Assembly (NCBI GenBank): GCA_000388065.2
Contig: KB932216.1
Length of the DNA: 31,558 nt
Direction: 5' to 3' (one strand)
From: Fonticula alba ATCC 38817
Lineage: Eukaryota > Protista > Nucleariida
Both the position numbers and the translations under genes were made by a program. The notes below the pieces were generated by a model. That model saw only the letters and a program-made list of their open reading frames with translations, made no database searches and had not been told where the DNA came from. Shown piece by piece: positions 25,503 to 31,558 of this stretch (position 1 is its first letter; each line of letters begins with the position of its first letter).

Positions 25503-28500
25503 ATGATCGGCGTGCGGAGGGGCGGCCGGGTGTCCATCCCGCTACTGGCCCTCCTGGCCTTCGGCTTTGTGGCCCTCTTCTGCCTCGGTGTCCTCTGGGT
25601 GGGCCAGGGCGCCCCGATGTCGCGCATGATCTCCGCCCGGGTGTCCCTCAGCCTCGGGGGGAATTTGGCCGGCGGCGCCGACGGCGGCGGCGATCCCGAC
25701 CATGAGGATGCCCCCGGGCCCGGCACCGCCGTCCGTCGGCCCTGGTTCAACAACGACATTCGCCTGGACGGGGAGAACATCTGCCGTCAGGCGGCCGGTG
25801 CGTCCGCGACCGGGCCCTTGCACACATGCCCCGCCAGCCGGTCGGCTGTCACTGACGCGCCTGTGGGCATATGGGCCTGCTGCCCGGGGGCCGGCACAGC
25901 CGGGCCACGCGACGAGCCCCTCGACGGGGTGGCCGTCGACTTCCCCAAGGAGTGGGGCGTCTTCGCCATCGGGTCCTACCCGCGCTCCGGGAACTCCTTC
26001 CTGCGACTGCTGCTCGAAAAGTGGACCGGCGTCTGCACCGGGTCCCTGTATAATGTATGTTCTGGCAGGCTGCCCAGCCCCGGGGGCCGGGCCCGCGCCC
26101 GCGCCCCCGGCTCGCACCCCCCCGGCAAGCAGGGGACCCACTTGTCCATCCTTTCAGTGCTGTACTACTACGCAGTCTTCCTGCTGTTTCTGTCGCGCTG
26201 GTTCGTGGGCCCGGGCTAGGGCGCCCGGCCAGCCACACCCACAGTAGATGCCCCTCCCGGGCCCCGGCGGCCCGGGAGGGGCATGGCGGCCAGAGCGCAG
26301 GGGGGAGCATGGCAGCGGGGCAGGGGCGGGGATTTTGTGCCCGGGGCCACGCTCGCACGCGCCCGCACCCGGTGCCCCCTCTCCCGTCCTCGCCCTTTCG
26401 GCTCCTGTGTCGATTTAGACACCTGGAAGCCCCACTGCCGGGGCCCTTGCATGTGGGGTCCGGCCCGGTGCGGCCGCCACCGACCTCGCGCCCCCTCGTG
26501 CCGCCCCTGCCGCCCCCCGGCAGGCGGGTGGCTCGAGTCGCCGGCTCGTGGCCCGCCCCGCCCTTGCTCCGCCGCCCGCCCCCGCAGGCACTCACGTCAC
26601 CGCCCGGTGCGTCCGCCCCCTCCCGCCCGGCCTCGCCCTCCCCTCGCTCGGGCGTGTGTGTGTGTGTGTGTGTGCCATACATGCCATGCGCGGCGGCTGC
26701 CCCCCCTCGCGCTCCGCCGCCATGGACGCTGGCGGGCCTTGGGCGCCCTGCCCGGGGCCTCTCGGGGCGGCGAGGCCCCCGGGGCCTGGCGGGGCTGGGC
26801 CCTCTCCAGTGTGGCCGACCTGTGCGTTCGTGTGTTTGTGTGCGCCTGTATTTGTGCGTGTGTGCGTGCTTGCGTGTGTGCGTGCTTGCGCGTGCGGCAG
26901 CGAGGGAAGCCGGAAGCCGGAAAGCGAAGGCCCCACCCTGGCCCAGGCCCGGGGCCGGTGCCCCGACCCTCGTGCCCCGGCCGAGGCCCGACCGGGCATT
27001 GGGGGCAGTGCGCATCTTTTCCCGAGTGTGTCCCCTTTTTCCCCCCCCCCTCTTGCCGGGTTCCCGCCCGCCGGGGCTCCTGCCTGCGAGCAGGGGCCTG
27101 CCACGGGCAAGCAGGGCCCTATCCCCCCCCCCCCCCGCCCTGGCCCCGGCCCCCGCCGCGTCGGCCCAGCGACCCGATCCCAGCGCCGAATCCCATGTCT
27201 AACATGCGTTCACTTGTGCCGATGCCCCCCCCCCCTCCCCGATGCTAGGACCATCGGCTGCGGAACTCCGGCTGGCGCTGCGAGGGTCTGGTCGACACGG
27301 ACACCGTGCTGTTCGTCAAGTCCCATGACCCGATGTTCCGCCGCCATGCCCAGGAGCTGGAGGCCCCCTTCGAGCGCGTCATCCACATCATCCGCAACCC
27401 CTTCGACTCCATCCGGTCGTACTACCACCTGGAGCAGACTGGCACCCATGACTTCCACGATGACAAGGCCCGGTGCGTGCACTGTTCGAGCCTTCCGCCA
27501 TGGCACGAGGGGGCCACGCCTCGGGGCCCCGCCCCATGTCGCACATGCCCGGACCCCCCCCCCCCCCCCCCCCCCTAACAGGCGAGGCCGAAAAAAAAAA
27601 AACCCAACAGCCCCGAGAAGTGGGACTACTATGCCCGTAAGCAGCCCGGCCTGTGGCTGGAGAACTATAGATACTGGGCCGCCTTCAAGGACCGCGGCGT
27701 GCCGTACATCCTCATCCGGTGCGTCCCGCCGCCCCCGGGCACGCCCACAGGGGGTGTCGACAGGCGGCAGGGGGCCGTCGGGGCGAGGGCGAGGAGTGGG
27801 GCCAAAGGCAGTCGCCGAAAGGCCAGCGGCATCAGGCAGTGCAAGAGAGCGAGAGAGATAGAGAGAGGGAGAGCGAGAAAGAGAGAAAGAGGGACAGCGA
27901 CCGCGCAAGGCCAGGGGCCCGGCGCAGAACACGGGCGGACGCCAAAGAACGACGGAGAGATAGCACAAGCACAGGCTCACATCGCCACGACATATGCCGC
28001 CACACACTGACACAGGGACCACCTCGCAGCTATGAGGACCTCCGCGCCAACCCCTGGGGCGAGCTCGAGCGCGTCCTCCGCTGGCTGGTGGAGAGCAGCT
28101 CGGTCGGCGACCTGGAGGGCTCGCTGGCCACGCGGCCCGAGTACCAGGAGGTCCGCGAGCGCCTGCAGCGGGACCTGGCCCACCGGCTGGCCACCTGCGC
28201 CATCCGCTACAACCCCACGTGTGCTCTTCCGATCTGCGAGCTCGAGCGCGTCCTCCGCTGGCTGGTGGAGAGCAGCTCGGTCGGCGACCTGGAGGGCTCG
28301 CTGGCCACGCGGCCCGAGTACCAGGAGGTCCGCGAGCGCCTGCAGCGGGACCTGGCCCACCGGCTGGCCACCTGCGCCATCCGCTACAACCCCCTGAACC
28401 AGGGCGGCGTCGTGGCCGATGAGGGGTACTCGCCGCGGCGCGAGGGGGGCGGCGCCGGCGGCCGCTTCGACGACGACTCCCCGGCCCTGGACATGGTCGA

Positions 28501-28702
28501 CCACCGGGGCGGCGACGCCCTGGGCATGGGCGGCATGTACGGCTGGCCGAGGCACTCCGACCGCCGGGCCTTCTCCCGCGCCCAGATCGCCCATGTCCTG
28601 CGCACCACCTACCCGGTCCTGTGCGAGGAGCGCGAGTTCAACTACGACGCCCTGCTGCAGGAGCGCTTCCAGATGGGCTGCGACGACCTGCGCGGCATCT
28701 GA
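25503..28702 (+). CDS. Type II membrane (Golgi-type) P-loop sulfotransferase, WSCD-like catalytic domain
   Basis: Exons 25503-26054, 27249-27472, 27611-27718 and 28030-28702. N-terminal TM segment, 5'-[29 protein letters not shown], 3'-[14 protein letters not shown] and RYEDL. 518 aa as assembled; 459 aa after removing the 177-nt adapter duplication. Confidence 0.85.
28059..28393 (+). repeat. Perfect 158-bp tandem duplication with a TruSeq adapter fragment (28217-28235) at the junction; artefact
   Basis: Copies at 28059-28216 and 28236-28393. The spacer ACGTGTGCTCTTCCGATCT is the 3' end of the TruSeq read-2 primer. Confidence 0.97.
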
Positions 28703-29002
28703 TGTGCCCGCCCCAGGGCGCGGGGCCTCCATCTCGCGCCCCTGCCCTCCGGCCGAGGGGGCGGCCCAGGGTGTCGGGGGCTGTGTGCGCGCGCGCGCGC
28801 GGACAGCCGCGCGTGCTCTCTCTCGCTCTCTCGGCATGTGGCGCATGCGGCCGCATGTGCCGCGCCCGGTGCTGCCGCGTGCGGCGTCGCGGCCGTTGCC
28901 GCTCGTGCCGGGGCCGGCCGACTGTCGGCGCGGGACGGAGCAAGGGCACAGCAGGGCGCCATGTCGATCGGGGGGATGCAGACGCGCGCGACACTCCTCC
29001 GG

Positions 29003-29271
29003 CCCTCGCTGTGCGCCGCGCCCGCTCCTCCGGGGCAGGCCCCTCGCACGCGCACAATCAAGCCCGAACACACGGGCCCCCCTCCCCGGCGCCAGCTCGG
29101 GGGTCGGCGCCTGGGCGCGCTGTGTCAGATCGGAAGAGCGTCGTGCCCTCGCTGTGCGCCGCGCCCGCTCCTCCGGGGCAGGCCCCTCGCACGCGCACAA
29201 TCAAGCCCGAACACACGGGCCCCCCTCCCCGGCGCCAGCTCGGGGGTCGGCGCCTGGGCGCGCTGTGTCAG
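29003..29271 (+). repeat. Perfect 126-bp tandem duplication with a TruSeq adapter fragment (29127-29145) at the junction; artefact
   Basis: Copies at 29003-29128 and 29146-29271. The junction AGATCGGAAGAGCGTCGTG is TruSeq adapter read-through. Confidence 0.97.
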
Positions 29272-30477
29272 TTGCATCCTCCCCGCATGCCGGCCGAGTC
29301 GCTGCCAGGCGGGCGTGGTGGCGACCCCGGCTCCCCGACCAGGGGGCCGCCGCGTCGCCCTACACCTGCGCGCCTTCGCCCCCCCCCCCCTTCTCGGGAC
29401 GCCGATGTGGTGGTGGTGCCAACTCCGGAGGCCGGAACCATCGACAGGGCTCAGCCATGCCCGCGTCCCCGCCAAAGAAATACGCCCACCCAGCCTGACG
29501 CGGGAAAGAAAACCCCAAATAAACACACCCCCTCCCCCATGCCGCCCAGCAGAGAGGAGAGCCTGCCTTGATGTGAGTGCACTCCGGAGCGCGGGGTGGG
29601 TGCGGCGAGGGGCGGCCGGAAAGAACCAGACAACGGACTGGACCATGTGTCGACCCGAGCCGGGGGTCCCCCTCGCAAGGCCGCGGGCGGGCGTCGAAAG
29701 CATAGGCGGGCGAAGATGCTGAGGTGCAGGAAATGCACAGGCCGACCGCTCGATGCGCCGCGACACACAGACGGGCCGACGGCCGACGCGGAGGTGGCCG
29801 GCTCGAACCAGGCCGGGGGGGGCGGCGGCCCGGAAAGCCCACAACGTGCAATCTGGAGAAGCGCGCTCCAAAGGCCCCATGTGATCCCGGGTCGCGTGTC
29901 CGTGTGAGCGTCCCGCCCTGACGGCCAACTTCGCCGGAGGACGCGTCCCGGCTGTCTGGCGCCCGCCCGCCCGCCGGCCGTCCCCGCGGCAGGGGTGGAC
30001 GGACACGCCCGCGCGCGCGCGCACACACACCCGGGCACCATGTCGTCACTTGTTTGGGCGAACGGATGGAGAGCGAGAGCGAGAGTGTGTGTGTGCGTGT
30101 GTGTGTGTGTATCCGGCCGGGTTCCCGGGAGCCCGGTGCCCGAGCCCACACCCGACGACACGTTCCCTAGGGTCTACGCCGGCTCGCGGCCCTGGGCAGC
30201 TTCTGGAACCGCGGCCGCCCCTGGCTCGGGGGCGGAGGGCCGCGGACCCGGGGGCGCAGCCGGGCGGGACATTTTAGTCGACGTGTGCCGCCGGCTAGAT
30301 CGTGGGATGCGTCCACCCGTCTTCAACTCCCTTTTCCCCCCCTTTTCCCCGCCCCGCGCGCGCGCGTGCCCCCTTCCTCCTTCTCTCGCCACGCACCCCA
30401 GCCCCCCCCCCTCCTCCCCCCCCCGCTACATACACACACACACACACCTACAGACGCCCCCATCTACTCGGAATGCC

Positions 30478-31329
30478 ATGCTGGCCCACTCGGTCCTCCG
30501 GCAGATCATTTCCCAGCGAGTGAGCCATGTCCGCTGGCTTGGCGCCGGGCCCCAGTGCTCGATGGCCGTGGCGCTCGCTCGCACCGGCGATGGCCAAGTA
30601 CGCCCGGCTGTCGCCGCCCCCCCCCCCTCCCCCCCTTTGTATGACAGGCCGTGCCTTTGCTAATCCCCCGTCGCCCTCCCCGGCCTGATGCAGGACTTCC
30701 TGAGCCTCTTCGATTGCAGCGGCGCGCGCGACGCCTGCCAACAGCTCCAGCAGCAGGGGCGCTTGGACACCTCCGGCGGGCAGGTGCCCCTGACGTATGC
30801 CCAGCCGGCTGGAGGCGTGCTGCTCCCCGGGCCTCCGGTCGACCTGGCCCTGCTGGCCGGTCGGCCAGATGCCCCCCCCGTTGTGCTGGTAGCCCTGGCC
30901 GATGGCCGGCTGCTGCTATACTCCCTGGCGGCGTCTCCGGGCGATGGGCCGGCCTTGCTGTTTGAGGCGGCGGCGCCGGGCCCGGTGACCGCGCTGGCCG
31001 CCGTGCCGGCCGCCGGCTCCCATGGCACGCACTTCCACCTGGCCGTGGCGTTGGCCGGGCCGACCGGCGGGTTTGCCCTGGCCAGCGTGGCCCTCGGCCC
31101 GGAGCGCCTCGGCTCCTGGCGCACGGTGCCCGGCGTGGATCCGGTCGGCGCCCCGGCCATCTGCCTGATCCCGGCGGCCGGCCAGCTCTCCGGCCCGGGG
31201 TCCCCGCCGGTGGACCCTCTGCCGGGCTTTTGCGGGCTTGTGGCGATCAGCCGCGCGGCCCTGGGCGGCTTCAGTGTTTGGCACGCCGACGCCGGAGGCG
31301 TCAGCCCGGCCCCGGTCTTTGACGTTCGC
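30478..31329 (+). CDS. NUP43: NUP43-like WD40 protein, exons 1-2
   Basis: Exons 30478-30597 and 30694-31329, both phase 0. The N-terminus RQIISQRVSHVRW resembles NUP43 KFVSQKISKTRW. Exon 2 has beta-propeller-like strands and ends FSVWHADAGGVSPAPVFDVR before a GTACGT donor. Confidence 0.6.
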
Positions 31330-31466
31330 GTACGTACCCCTTCCCACGCGGGCACATCCCCACTCGTCCCTCCCTCCATTGTGTCTCCCTCTTCTGGATG
31401 CCCCGTGTCCCGACGCCCCCGATGCTTTTCTTTGTTTTTCCCTCCCTTCTGCACTGCGGAACCGCC

Positions 31467-31558
31467 CACACCTCTCTCTCTCGCACCTCTCTCTCGCACT
31501 TTTTTTTTGCACCTCTCTCTCGCACTTTTTTTTGCACCTCTCTCTCGCACTTTTTTTT
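31467..31558 (+). repeat. CACCTCTCTCTCG / T-run repeat in the NUP43-like intron 2 at the end of the window
   Basis: Same 13-mer as at 9515-9527. Confidence 0.9.

Noticed and set aside
28059-28393. Internal domain duplication in the sulfotransferase as real evolution
   Set aside because: The copies are 100% identical and the junction is a TruSeq adapter.

Overview
This is a eukaryotic, very GC-rich (roughly 70% by eye), intron-rich scaffold from a mitochondriate protist. The lineage cannot be fixed from the window; the style resembles Fonticula-like opisthokont protists (inference only). It consists of 7 contigs joined by six 10-N gaps. Exons were walked by hand with splice-phase checks. Genes found: PIGM (-, 6 exons, 456 aa), glutathione reductase exon 1 (+), a SCYL1/Cex1-type pseudokinase (+, partial), an MFSD8-like MFS transporter (-, partial), ANKRD27/VARP (+, 7 exons, ~2011 aa), ARL5 (-, 5 exons, 203 aa), a type II membrane sulfotransferase (+, 4 coding exons) and a divergent NUP43-like WD40 gene. 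Several genes are split across non-adjacent contigs with phase-compatible ends. Re-ordering the contigs (8062-9504, 1-2172, 5673-8051, 2183-5662, 20180-31558, 9515-10911, 10922-20169) repairs them, so the apparent nested or scrambled genes are most likely scaffolding errors. Two perfect tandem duplications each have an Illumina TruSeq adapter fragment at the junction. The strongest candidate for real novel biology is the 5' splice-site consensus GTRCGY: C at +4 in 32 of 34 donors and never A. It comes with C-rich introns and clear branch points. No rRNA, tRNA, CRISPR array or transposase was recognised.
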